Below, in pieces: positions 9,272 to 19,445 of a stretch of 64,000 nucleotides of DNA. Every line of letters starts with the position of its first letter. The stretch's first letter is position 1. The stretch is taken from the NCBI GenBank assembly GCA_905178155.1, contig CAJINV010000001.1, positions 5,002,747 to 5,066,746 on the forward strand. The letters run 5' to 3'. Under the pieces are notes generated by a model. The model saw only the letters and a program-made list of their open reading frames with translations, did no database searches and was not told the origin of the DNA. This DNA is from Amoebophrya sp. A120. Its lineage: Eukaryota > Protista > Dinoflagellata. The translations under genes and the position numbers were made by a program.

Positions 9272-12200
9272 TCATTTACGCCAGACCCCATGGTGACTTC
9301 TGTTTCGATTTCCCGCTCTGCCGAAGTCCGCGCTTCGGTTGTGCCAGTTTCTGTTGCCCCAATTTTGATTACGGCGGTTCCTTCGCCCGTTGTAGCGCCT
9401 GCCCTGGCGACTGACGGACTTCTCCTTGCGGCGCGAGTCATTGCTGCCAGAACGACGACTGCCATGCGGACTCCTGATTCGAGCGCGCGAGGGTTTCCGC
9501 CTCTCGCTGGGGTCTCGGCTGCGAGAGTGCCGGCTCTTGCCACGGTTGTCGTTGTCATCACCCTGGTGCCCGTTTGTTCGCTTCCGCGAGGACTGCCGCT
9601 TGATGTGGTCGCCCTTCCGCCTACTCGTGGCGGAGCGGCGACTGCGCGATCGGCACCGGCTTGACTTCGGGTTGCGTGCTTGTGGAGAGCGCGGCTTTAC
9701 TTCCGACGAACGCGCCAGGTTTCCGCGGTCGTCGCTGCTGCGAACGCCTACCACGCTGGAGCATTGCTTCGTCTGCACCGCGTCCTTGCTTTCGCTGTCT
9801 CCCGAGTCGGAGTCGGAATCATCTGACTCCCCCGAAGAAGAGCTCCCGCGCTCCGGCACGATGTCTTTGTGACCCCCCGTTGGTGCTTGGGCAGATACCG
9901 GATCATCAGGAGCCCTTGGCGATTGCGGAAATGCCTCCTCGTGCCCCTGGGCCTCCAGGGTGGTGGCTGGAGAAGGAGACGCGGCGGGGCCTGGCTGCGC
10001 GTATTGGTTGCCAGCTGCGTGCTTAAGTTTCGGGGGGGGCATTGCTACTTGGCTCGCAGAGGATGGGTTGTGGCGCTCGCCGCATTGGTGCAGGTCCGGC
10101 TCTGCGTTGACCGCCGCGGGGGCCGTGTCACTAACTCCTGTGCCGTTTGCCAGATCCACGGCTTTGCTGATGAGGTCAGCCAAGCCGATGTTGCTCGCTG
10201 CCGCTCTGCAAATGGCCCCGGCGAAGACGGCAGCGTCCGCCTCTGCCACTTTGCCGGTTGATCGAAGGAATCCCAACACCTCGCTTGTGCACGGCCGACC
10301 GCCGCAATTGTCGACGACAGCCTGCAGGTCCGCCCTGGTGTACACCCCGCCCGGCCCCGTGCCAGTGCGAGATGAGGTCCGCGCTTCTTCTATCGCAACT
10401 GCCATTGCCGTTGCCTGCGTGGCCTGGAAGGGGTTAAGCATCGGGACGTGCGGCGGTGCCTCTTCGCTACTCCGTTGGAAACCGGCCTCTGCCGGCCGAT
10501 CAGCTATGTGCCCGTCCTTGGTGAAGATCTTATCTCCGTTTGCCACATCCACGGCCGCTTCGATCCACTCCCGGCAGCCGACCTTCGACGCGCTGGCTTT
10601 TTCCACCTCCGCTGCGATCTTCAGCGCGTCGCCGAAGCTTAGCATTTCTCTTGACCAGAGCAGGTTGGCCAGAGGCACAGTAATCAGTGCGTTGTCACGC
10701 CCCGCTAGGTCGTCGAAAACCTTTTGTACGTCCTCGACCCGAACGGCGCCGCCAGGCCCTGTGCCCTGCCGAGCGTGGGCGATTGTTTCTTGGGGGGGCT
10801 TGCTGCGGACGACTTGGCCGCCAGAGCCTGAGAGCGGGACCTGGTTGGCAGTAGCAGCTGTGGAAGACGGGAAGACGGCACTGGGTGCCGCTGCGTCCGA
10901 GCTGCGCCCGTCCGCGCTGCGCTCGTTGGTCACGTTCCTCTCCGCGGCTACGAGCTCCTCCTTCACCCCGACCGTGCCCTCCTCGGGCATGCCCGTGGAC
11001 TTCGCCGTCCCGTCGTCCGCTTCCCCCTCACCTGAGCTCTCCGCGACGCCATAGTTGGAGCTCGAGGAGGAGCCTGCAACGGGGGTCGGGTTTTCGGCTG
11101 CGCCACCTAGCCCGGCATTCGCGCCGGTGGACTCGCTTCGCTGGGAGGTTTGCTCTGATCCGGACGCCGCCACGGGCTGGCTCGAACCGCACGCGCTTTG
11201 CTGTGACTTGGTAGCGGAGGAAGTCTGGTTGGCAGAGGAAGATGACTCCTCTTTGTATGCATTCTCTATGCATAACTCAATGCACCGGTCAAGATCTTTT
11301 CTGTTGTTCGCTAGGCCCATACTGATCGCCGTGCAGGCTAAGCTGCAACGCTTCTCGCTGCATCCGGTCTTCCTCAGCTTTCGCTGCAGTTGTATGGCCA
11401 GCTGCAACGAGTCCACGAAGCCGTCCTCCTCCTGCGTGAATCGCTTGATCAGTCTGGTCACGTCCTCCGTGGTGAGCCTGGGGGCAGGCACCGGAACGGC
11501 TGCTTGCGCATTGGTCTCAGCGGGAGCCCGTAGCGAGCTGTTGCGGCTCGGCTTTTGGTCGTGCGGAGACTCATCTCGCGCCGATGTACCCCGTCCTTGT
11601 CCGCCAGCCTCGTACCCCGACCGCTTCCGGCGCTTGGCCCTGTACCGCGAGTCGCGGCGGGGGCGCGAATCGTGTGTACGCCCAGTTTGGCGTCCGTCCC
11701 GGCTCGCCGAGCGTCGCCGCTTGAGCTGGATTCTCCCTGCACCTCCGCGTCCCGATCCAGAGACCCCCCCGTAGGTGGTGACGTTGTCGGTACATCCCTC
11801 GCTAATAGTAGAAATGTCCCGGCCATGGCGAGTGCGACTATCTCGCTTGGCGCGGCGCTCTGCGTCTCGACGGCTCGTAAGCACGACCTCCACGCCCGCC
11901 TGGTTATCCAGAGCGGATACCGGAAGGCTGTTTGGGCCGCTCAGGGGGATGCCGTGGTTGTGTAACGCCTTGCCACCCCCTTTCCCCTTTCCTTTCAGCT
12001 GCTTCTGCTTCGTTTGCGGTGGCCGCGGCGGACGGATGTGCAGGTCTGGCGAGTTGTAAACTTTGGTGACGTTCAGCACGTCGCGGCAGGCGTAGTCGTT
12101 CAAGAAGTTCAGGGTGGAGGTCGGGGACATTTTGATCTCGCCCCAGTTGTCACCTGTTTTACGAATGTGCTTGATCGTTTGCGGCTCCTTGGATATGACC

Positions 12201-12493
12201 AGCAGGACTTCGGCCAGCTTTGCAATTCCGTCCTTGAAGTGCTTCTCCTCGACCTTGCTCCACTGCTTGCTTTCGTCCATTGTCGCGGCTTGGGCGACGT
12301 CAGCTAGGCGCTTCGCAATCCCTGCTTTGTCTGGCAGGTTGACGTTCTGCCGGATGTCCTCGCTGTCTGCGAAGATCGCCGGGCAGCGAATGCAGACCTT
12401 GAAGCGGTTTTCGATGTGACCCACAGTGTGGGTTAGAGCTTCCAGCGAGGACTGCAGTGCCGCGTCCTCCTCCGTGGCGCGGGTCCACGACAT
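9272..12493 (-). CDS. Retrotransposon ORF1 (1073 aa), basic/RS-rich putative nucleic-acid chaperone with internal helical repeats
   Basis: Long uninterrupted ORF upstream of and co-oriented with ORF2, with similar GC-rich composition. It has Arg/Ser-rich tracts and two GTGPGG...AVDxANG repeats. No CCHC gag knuckle seen. Confidence 0.75.
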   Translation of the reverse strand: MSWTRATEEDAALQSSLEALTHTVGHIENRFKVCIRCPAIFADSEDIRQNVNLPDKAGIAKRLADVAQAATMDESKQWSKVEEKHFKDGIAKLAEVLLVISKEPQTIKHIRKTGDNWGEIKMSPTSTLNFLNDYACRDVLNVTKVYNSPDLHIRPPRPPQTKQKQLKGKGKGGGKALHNHGIPLSGPNSLPVSALDNQAGVEVVLTSRRDAERRAKRDSRTRHGRDISTISEGCTDNVTTYGGVSGSGRGGAGRIQLKRRRSASRDGRQTGRTHDSRPRRDSRYRAKRRKRSGYEAGGQGRGTSARDESPHDQKPSRNSSLRAPAETNAQAAVPVPAPRLTTEDVTRLIKRFTQEEDGFVDSLQLAIQLQRKLRKTGCSEKRCSLACTAISMGLANNRKDLDRCIELCIENAYKEESSSSANQTSSATKSQQSACGSSQPVAASGSEQTSQRSESTGANAGLGGAAENPTPVAGSSSSSNYGVAESSGEGEADDGTAKSTGMPEEGTVGVKEELVAAERNVTNERSADGRSSDAAAPSAVFPSSTAATANQVPLSGSGGQVVRSKPPQETIAHARQGTGPGGAVRVEDVQKVFDDLAGRDNALITVPLANLLWSREMLSFGDALKIAAEVEKASASKVGCREWIEAAVDVANGDKIFTKDGHIADRPAEAGFQRSSEEAPPHVPMLNPFQATQATAMAVAIEEARTSSRTGTGPGGVYTRADLQAVVDNCGGRPCTSEVLGFLRSTGKVAEADAAVFAGAICRAAASNIGLADLISKAVDLANGTGVSDTAPAAVNAEPDLHQCGERHNPSSASQVAMPPPKLKHAAGNQYAQPGPAASPSPATTLEAQGHEEAFPQSPRAPDDPVSAQAPTGGHKDIVPERGSSSSGESDDSDSDSGDSESKDAVQTKQCSSVVGVRSSDDRGNLARSSEVKPRSPQARNPKSSRCRSRSRRSATSRRKGDHIKRQSSRKRTNGHQGDDNDNRGKSRHSRSRDPSERRKPSRARIRSPHGSRRSGSNDSRRKEKSVSRQGRRYNGRRNRRNQNWGNRNWHNRSADFGRAGNRNRSHHGVWRK

Positions 12494-14326
12494 CGCCGGC
12501 GAGTCTCCTTGTGGATTATAGTGCTTGTCTTTATTAATTCAAAGCGCTTCAGATTAAATTTGATGATGCGCTGCAGGCACCTCCGTGCCAAAAACCTGTG
12601 CGCACTACCTCGATGATAACTGAGAGCCCGATGAAGGTTAAACAGCGTTCAATGGCACAGATTGACTTCGACAGTGACAGTCTTAATAGGTTCGAAGTGT
12701 TAGTTGACAATTGATGAGGCTAGTTGGCCGAGCTTGTGCAACATAAATTACTCGCTAGCAGACTAGCAATGCTTTCTCCGTTGGAACTAAGGATACCTGC
12801 CTGCCGATTCAAGTCCTGTTTTGTCTTGCAATTTATCAAATTTCTGCTCGTCTACCAGAGACAATTCCACGGCTTATCGGCCTGAGAGATCTTATTTTAC
12901 GCTGCGGATGATCCTTGTCCAATTGATGCTAGCAGGGAATACACCGCTCCTCTGCCTTTCGCGTTCCGTCTGACTTTTTTCACTTTTTGTCCTGCGGCTC
13001 GCCCTCCAGGGTCCAATAACTGAGCTAGACTAGTCTGATTGTTCATGATTGAATTCTCACAGTGACGCATCGGGGGCTATACGATAATGTAGGCGAGAGA
13101 CGACCTGGGGTCGACAGGCTTGGCGTGCTGCCCGGTCGTAGGCCGGAATCAAGAACCGGGGGGGACGCGGGCGCCTACGCGCTAAGGCGAGAGCCCAGAA
13201 TCCAAACACACTCTATCAGGGGTGCCGCTAGAGTCACAGCAGGGACTTTACGCGCACAGACTATCAGGTCTGCCCTGGATTCTGGGGGGGAAGATGCGGT
13301 GGGGGCGCAGGCCAGTCCGGAACCGCCGCGGTGGGCCGCACTGTACCTTCAACCTTGTCCCGCGGGCCGCAGGACCGTACTATCGCGCGTTCGCCATCGC
13401 CACACTCGAGTCCAAGTCCATTGCATGTTCTGCCGCCGGGGACTGGGCCATCAGTGCGCCGTCCGGTGATGCACAGTACGAGCGGATTCTGCGGAGGAGC
13501 TGGCAGCTTCTCGACTCTAGTTGGGGAGAGCCGGGTCCGACTGGAACCTGAGGTACATTTTTGGAGCAAAGGCGGGGACGGACGTGCTCCGCCCCCGAGC
13601 ACCCGCAACACGCCGCCATATTCGTATATATAATATCCACTCGTAATTAGACAGTAAAAACAGGGGCAATTTTTAATTTTTAATTCTAAGCATGCAAAAC
13701 ATTCGAAAAAAAAAAAAAGCAAATTCTGCAGCATTCCCGGGACTAAAATACCGTCTAAGCTGGCTTTTGCAGCTGCCTCGCGGACGCTACCGGAACTGGA
13801 CGGACCGCCGAACGGGCGAGGCATGGCTTCATCGAGACGATGCCCGAGGCGTCCCGACTCGGCGGGCTCACGCCAGGAGTTTGCTGTGTGTAAAGTCTTC
13901 CGAGTCCGCTCGTGTTGTGCGTTGACCTGAGGCCCATGCTGTGCTTGCCTTGGCGCCTGCCAAATCCACCGGCGGAGGAGCGGTCTTTGTCTGTGTGGCG
14001 GTCTTTTCCCGTGCTTCTAGGCGTGGGCAAGTCGGTGAGTCGAAGGCTGTCTCCGGAGGAGAGGTCATGTTCATTTGAAGTGTGCGCACGGACGCTCGGG
14101 GCGTCGATGCTCTAGCTAGCACTACTGTAAAAGGGGCACAGAGGACCCGCCACGTACGGGTGTTTATGTAATTTCATTTCGAAACTCCACTGCAGGGAGT
14201 CGGGGGAGGTACCGACGTGGCGTCAGTGGTAGGTAAACAATTGATGAGAAAAGCAAGAGATGGTCCTACTCTACGGCATAGCTCCCCCTGTTCTACATTG
14301 ATGGATCTCAGGCAACAAGACAAAGT

Positions 14327-14348
14327 CTTGAGCCAAAATGGCTACGGA
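14327..14348 (-). other. Complete genomic copy of the dinoflagellate spliced leader (DinoSL)
   Basis: The minus strand reads TCCGTAGCCATTTTGGCTCAAG, a 22/22 match to DCCGTAGCCATTTTGGCTCAAG. It is followed by AC rather than the GT donor of an SL RNA gene. Confidence 0.97.
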
Positions 14349-14643
14349 GTCTGGCATGACTCTGTCTACTCTATCATGCTAGTCTGGCATGACTCTGAGC
14401 TCTGTCTACTTGCGTGCCCACGAAAAGCTCCTCTTGTCTGTCATGCAAAAACGCAGGAGCTTCTCATGCGGAGTGCGCAACTCTGTCTCTGAACCACGGA
14501 AAGACTTGTCATGCTGGGGAGCGCATAATTTTTGCATTGTGCTCACTATAATGCCCCTCCTTGCATCACATCGGAGGTCTACGGGCTGTTCGTCCCCTCC
14601 TTGCATCACAAGTTTCCAGACCCAGACACATTTGCAATGCATA
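14349..14643. mobile_element. Half introner (family 1): one TIR only, truncated at the spliced leader/LINE junction
   Basis: Right TIR ttccagacccagacacatttgcaatgcata (14614-14643). Internal tgtcatgcaaaaacgcag...ttctcatgcgga matches the reverse complement of the interior of the 49155-49406 copy. No left TIR is present. Confidence 0.85.
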
Positions 14644-14683
14644 CCTGCCTTCCTCGTCTCAGCGGTAGTTCCACTTCCTTCTC

Positions 14684-17600
14684 TTACCGGCTCCCGGCCT
14701 GCGCAGGAGCAGTTGCAGTGCCTGCATCTTGTTCTTCGTGTTTGGCTCCGGCAGCTTGTTCTTCTTCTTGTTGTTCTGCTTCATTGCTTTCGTCCCGGTG
14801 GTGGGAGGTTTCCATGAATGAAGCTGAAATCGCACTACGAGCTGCACCCGCACCACGAAACGCATTGGTGGCCGCGATGCCCGTGCGCGGAACTGTCCAG
14901 AGCGCAGCCGCCCCACCGAGCGGTGTTCCCGGCGGGGGAGTCCCAGACATTGAAGATGGCCACACGACCGATGCTGGCGAGCCCAACCGCCAGGAGGTGG
15001 AGGACGGAACAGCAGAAACCGGTGGCGAAGCTGCAACAGCCGAAGATGGCTGCTGCTGCTGCAGTGCTGGCTGAGTCTGCTGCACTCGTTGGTTCCGTGG
15101 GTCTTCCGTCCACAGGTTCCAGTTGCCGTTTCTGCCGTCCCAGTCCTTCCAGTACTGGTTGCCGCCATTGTCCGTAGCCCAAGCGTACCACTTGCCATCG
15201 GAATTTTGCTCGTATTTGACGTTGCGATTCAGTGTCGGGTCCCAGTGGTACGTCTCGGGCCGGTTGCGGTCGTTTCCATTGTTCCAGTTGTTCCACCCGC
15301 GACCGTTTCCACTTCCTCCTCCGCACTTATGAAACTGTCAGGCTCGAAATCGACAAAGTTGAAATGCTTTGATATAACGCTAAACCGACCACCGAAACCG
15401 CTACACAACACGTAAACGTTGGCACCTTTCCGCAGAAGGTCAGGCCACCAGGTCGTCATGACAAATACATCGATACCAGCTGGACCCAGAGTTTGTAGTC
15501 GTCGCATGACAAATTTCCCCCGTGCCGGAAGTGATAGTGAATCTGTCATGCCGTTTACGGCAAAGGAGCTCCTCCCCTCTGTCATGCTATTCAGCAAGAC
15601 CCTTAGCAGGACGGTTGTACAATCTTCTGCCTCCCTTGCATCCTCAGCAATAGAGTCACTTTTTGCATCGCAGTTTATGCATTATACCAGTTATCGATTT
15701 CGATCCTGACACTCCCATAGTGCTGACCGCGATTGTTTTCATCCCGCCACCACGTGCTTCCAGATTGGCCACGATTGCCACCACGACGGCCGCCCCAGTT
15801 GTTGTTGTTGTTGTTGTTGTTGTCATTCGTGTTTTTCACCCACTGCAATGCGAAGTAGGGCGCGTGCAGCAGATTCAAATCCAGGGTTTCTGCGGACCAA
15901 TGCCGCGGCGAGCCTTCTGGCGGCGGTCGCTGCCCGTCCGTTTTGGGCGGGATCTCTGTACAGTATTGGTTGAAGGCATTTCTATAAAATTTTGGCATAA
16001 AAAGCGCAATTTTGCATGAAATCAGGTCAAGTTTGAAGATGGAAGGAAGCAACAACAAGAAAATGTCTCAGAACTGCACAAACAGAAACAACCCTCACCG
16101 ATGGGATCACACCGATCGCTCGTGGTCGTGGCATAAGATGAATATAGAAATTCAAATTGAAATTGAAATAGGAAAAGAAGAAGAACTCTGAAAAAATAAT
16201 AAAGCACCGAGAAACTCTGAAACTGCGTTCTGGTCGCGCAGCGAGAACGCTACGCGACCGTAATGCAATATGAATATTCTCATTCTCAACCGAAGAATGT
16301 ATGAGCATTATAAATATATATTTTTATGTAGTGCGGCAGCAAGAGTTTGTTGTTGTTTTTTTACCTTACCCGTTCTTTCTTGCGTTGGTTTGACCAGCCT
16401 GCTACGAATCTAAATTAGAACGCAGATCCAGCAACAGTGATTTACTTTGCTCTGTCACTTCGATGTGGATGAATCTTCATATCTATGGAGTATGGCGCTG
16501 GTGGTGGTGCTCATATTTCTGTCACCCAATACGAGAAATAGAAAATCTAAGTAGATTCATACCATTTGGAAAGTCCACGAATTCAATCGCGTACTCGGCT
16601 TCTGCTCCATCTGGGTGCTGCACCTCGAGGTTTTGGAAGACTGCGACATTCTTCTGGCGAGAATCTGGAAGCATGCAAAAAACTTGATCCTGCTCCTCGT
16701 AGTCGTTAGCCTGCGGTTTGTTCGGGCCAAGGCAGTCATCTAGGAGCACTATGGGGACCTAACATATCACGCCCCGTTGCGATTTTCGCTCCGCAAACTC
16801 TGTCGTTGATGTATCTCAATCTCTCATTAACATCATCATCAGCATCATCATCATCTTCATCAACTTCTACAAGTACAACTTACCCTTACGTAAAACAATA
16901 ATAAAACACATCACACTCATTGTCATTCTTCATCATGCACGAATCGATTGTAAATGTAAAGTAGAGATGCCAAAGAAAACAAGCAAAGCGAAAGATCGGC
17001 CATGGGCGTGTGAAGAAAAACCATGGATACACAGAGGCCCGGTTTCTCCTTCATCATCTCCATCTAGCTCCTCCGACACTCGCGTCAAACAAAGGCGTAT
17101 GCTGCGCAAAAGTATCGCACTCGTACAATTTGCAGCTATGCATGACACATCTTCTAGTAAGTTTCTTACATGAATCACCATTAGGAATTCGAATTGCACT
17201 TATTCTTCTTGATAAAATAAAAATTTGTCGTGCAAGAATACATACCAGTTCTAGTACGATATTACTTTTGCAACGAATACGGGAGGCAGGCAGATGAGAT
17301 GAAGCGGCAAGGTTCGAGTTTACTTCGGCTGCCCGCAAGGCTTCTTCGTTCAGCCAGGGATCCCCCACGGCTCGTTTGTACTTGTTCATCCGCTGTTGGT
17401 TGTAGTTCCGCACCAGAGTCTCCGCTTGCCCATTTCGATTCTTGTACACGAAATCGAGTTCCAGCGTACGAACACTCACGAACTTTCCACAGGGAAAATG
17501 GTCATTAGTGGTACGCCGGAATTCGAATTGGACGCTGTTTGCAGGACTGAGATCTTCGAACGGCATGTCCTGCTCGGACCCCGAGGTAAGGATTTCTTGG

Positions 17601-19240
17601 AACCAAAGTGCAGCCCCTGGATGGCCAGCTTGGACGTCGTTTTTGTAGCGTTCTTCGTGAACTGCCAGAACCACGCTCTGCTGGTCCGCATAAGAAACGA
17701 TGTAGAACGGCTGGCTTTTTTTCCCGCTCTCGGAGGAGACTTTTTGCAGGAATTCCGTTCGTAAGCCGCCGTCGCTGTCCGTCGCAGTTGTGAACGGGAA
17801 TTCGGGTGTGATCAACGACGAAGTTGCCCGGGATGGATCTGGTGGATGATCAGAAGTTGCCGGTCCCCACCAGCCCCAGGAACTATCAAATGCGAATATG
17901 TCTGGGTCTGGAACAAGAATACGCGATTTGTATCTATGTAATGCAGGTTTTCCATGACCCATGAGGTCTGGAATGCAGGACCTAGCATGACAGCTTCTAT
18001 GGGATCTCTATCATGTCTATTCTGCATGAGAAACTCCCCCGCACCTCCCTGGTCAAAAATGGACGGCTCTTGGTACTCAAACTCATGCAACACAGATTCT
18101 TGCATGATTCAGATGTAGCATGACAAGTTGCTATGTTCCAGACCCAGACTTATTTGCACTGGATAGGAACCTCCCCCGCCCCAGGAACTTCTGTCCCGCC
18201 CTTTGCCATCGACATCGTGTTCGTCGCCGTAGTTCTCGTCCCAGTTGTTTTTTTTCCACCAGCCCCAGGAACCGTCCCAACCCTCGCCATGATCGACATC
18301 GTCTTCGTCGTAGTCCCACCAGTCGTCGTAGTCCCCGTTCTTATCCAAGAAAAAAAGACCATCACGATAATCATCGCGGCAACTATTGCTCTAGCACAGC
18401 CAGCACGTCTTGCCTGGTGCTTTGCATAGAGACCACAGATACATGACTCTCAAGGGGCGAGCGACCAAAAATTATTTTACTGATATCTCTTCTACTTGTT
18501 CTACTATCAAACAAAAAAGTGCTGTTAACGTTAACGGTTTGGGTTTTCACATCAGATCCAGATGGCAGTCATGCATTACAAATTTTGCCTTCCGTGCTCG
18601 TGCTCGTGCATGCTCCTACGCAATGGCAATACAAATTTGGGCACCTTTTCTGATGCGTCACTGCATCACAACTTCCGTTAACGGTATCTACTTACGTGAA
18701 GCTTGCAATGGTTCTTCTGATGAAGATCGTGACAAAGACAATAAATGAACCGTCATACTAGTTGTCCCAGTTCCAGTCCTCGTATTCATCTTGTTCGTAG
18801 ACATGATCTTCACCGGAGGCGTAGTCGTGCCACAGCCATTGTTCCTCGCCATGGGGTCCAGTTGTACGGCGCCAATAACCACCAGGTCCAGTTTGTTCAC
18901 GGTCCCAATGTTGACCACCAGGTCCAGTAGTTTCACCACGGCGCCAACGTTGACCACCAGGTCCAGTAGTTGCAGGGCGCCAAGATCCATCAGGTCCAGT
19001 TTCATGGCTGGATTGTCCACGCCGAGTCCGCGGTTTTTTCCCGGTGGTGCCTGGTGCCCCCATCCCGAAGGACGGTCCCGGAATTCCAGACAGAGAAGAC
19101 GTCGGCCCACGTGTATGCAATGTAAAAAACTTCCATTTGCTCTGCCTATAACTGGGGTGGTTGTCATCTACAACACTGCAAAGAAACAGCAAAAAACAAA
19201 GAAATATAATAATCATGTTGAGCTGCGTCGTGCTCAACAA
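14684..19240 (-). CDS. Multi-exon hypothetical protein rich in W/G/N/D, with TTGPGG repeats; may be continuous with the 19446-21133 CDS
   Basis: Exon-like ORFs at ~18758-19170, 18166-18348, ~17325-17883, ~16560-16740, 15720-16030 and 14684-15327. Removing the TIR elements joins frames (GGGGS|WGWWGP; RGQ|CGGGSGNGRGW...QQTQPALQQQQ). Confidence 0.55.
15328..15719. mobile_element. Introner, family 2 (392 bp)
   Basis: TIRs tatgaaactgtcaggctcgaaatcga / tcgatttcgatcctgacactcccata. Degenerate direct repeat GCACT/GTGCT. Removal fuses the flanking reading frames. Confidence 0.75.
17884..18165. mobile_element. Introner, family 1 (282 bp), TSD GGAAC
   Basis: TIRs tatcaaatgcgaatatgtctgggtctggaaca / tgttccagacccagacttatttgcactggata, with a perfect 5-bp direct repeat. 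Confidence 0.92.
18876..19000. repeat. Coding minisatellite (~33-bp period, ccaggtccagt core) encoding TTGPGG-like repeats
   Basis: accaccaggtccagt(a/t)gtt repeated about 4-5 times. Confidence 0.7.
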
Positions 19241-19445
19241 CTAGGAGGTAAACTAAAGGAGGTATTTTTTTACTATCAGGACCTGACGCACAGGGTCATT
19301 TAGCTGCTTCATTACAAGAGCTGACGCATCTTCAATGTAGTACAACGAACATTTTCATCTTTCGGCACGTATTAAAAGTATCGAGGTTTGTAAGTACATT
19401 TTAAAAATTTTAGCATCTTTAATATATTCTGCAGACGACGCTCCG

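Larger units (their letters stand above)
1..14348 (-). mobile_element. Non-LTR retrotransposon (LINE; APE-RT-RNase H type, Ingi/I/Tad1-group-like architecture), two ORFs, 3' end not identified in the window
   Basis: Intact ORF2 with EN, RT and RNH motifs, plus a co-oriented upstream ORF1. The 5' limit is placed at the spliced-leader copy (14327-14348), where the sequence switches abruptly to introner sequence. No poly(A) tail or TSD is visible in 1-825. Inclusion of 12494-14326 as 5' UTR is inferred. Confidence 0.8.

Noticed and set aside
1121-12419. Numerous plus-strand ORFs (up to 364 aa) opposite ORF1/ORF2
   Set aside because: Antisense shadows of GC-rich coding sequence, with no motifs.
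14280-14348. SL RNA gene, or a SLACS/NeSL-like insertion into an SL gene
   Set aside because: The leader is followed by AC rather than a GT donor, and the sequence 5' of it is introner-derived rather than an SL gene repeat unit.
14660-14690. Stop-codon reassignment (TAA at 14684 followed by an open frame), as reported for one Amoebophrya strain
   Set aside because: Multi-kilobase ORFs in the window have no in-frame stops under the standard code. A true stop or a GTAAG donor explains the site.
15798-15823. (GTT)n microsatellite
   Set aside because: An ordinary poly-Asn coding tract.
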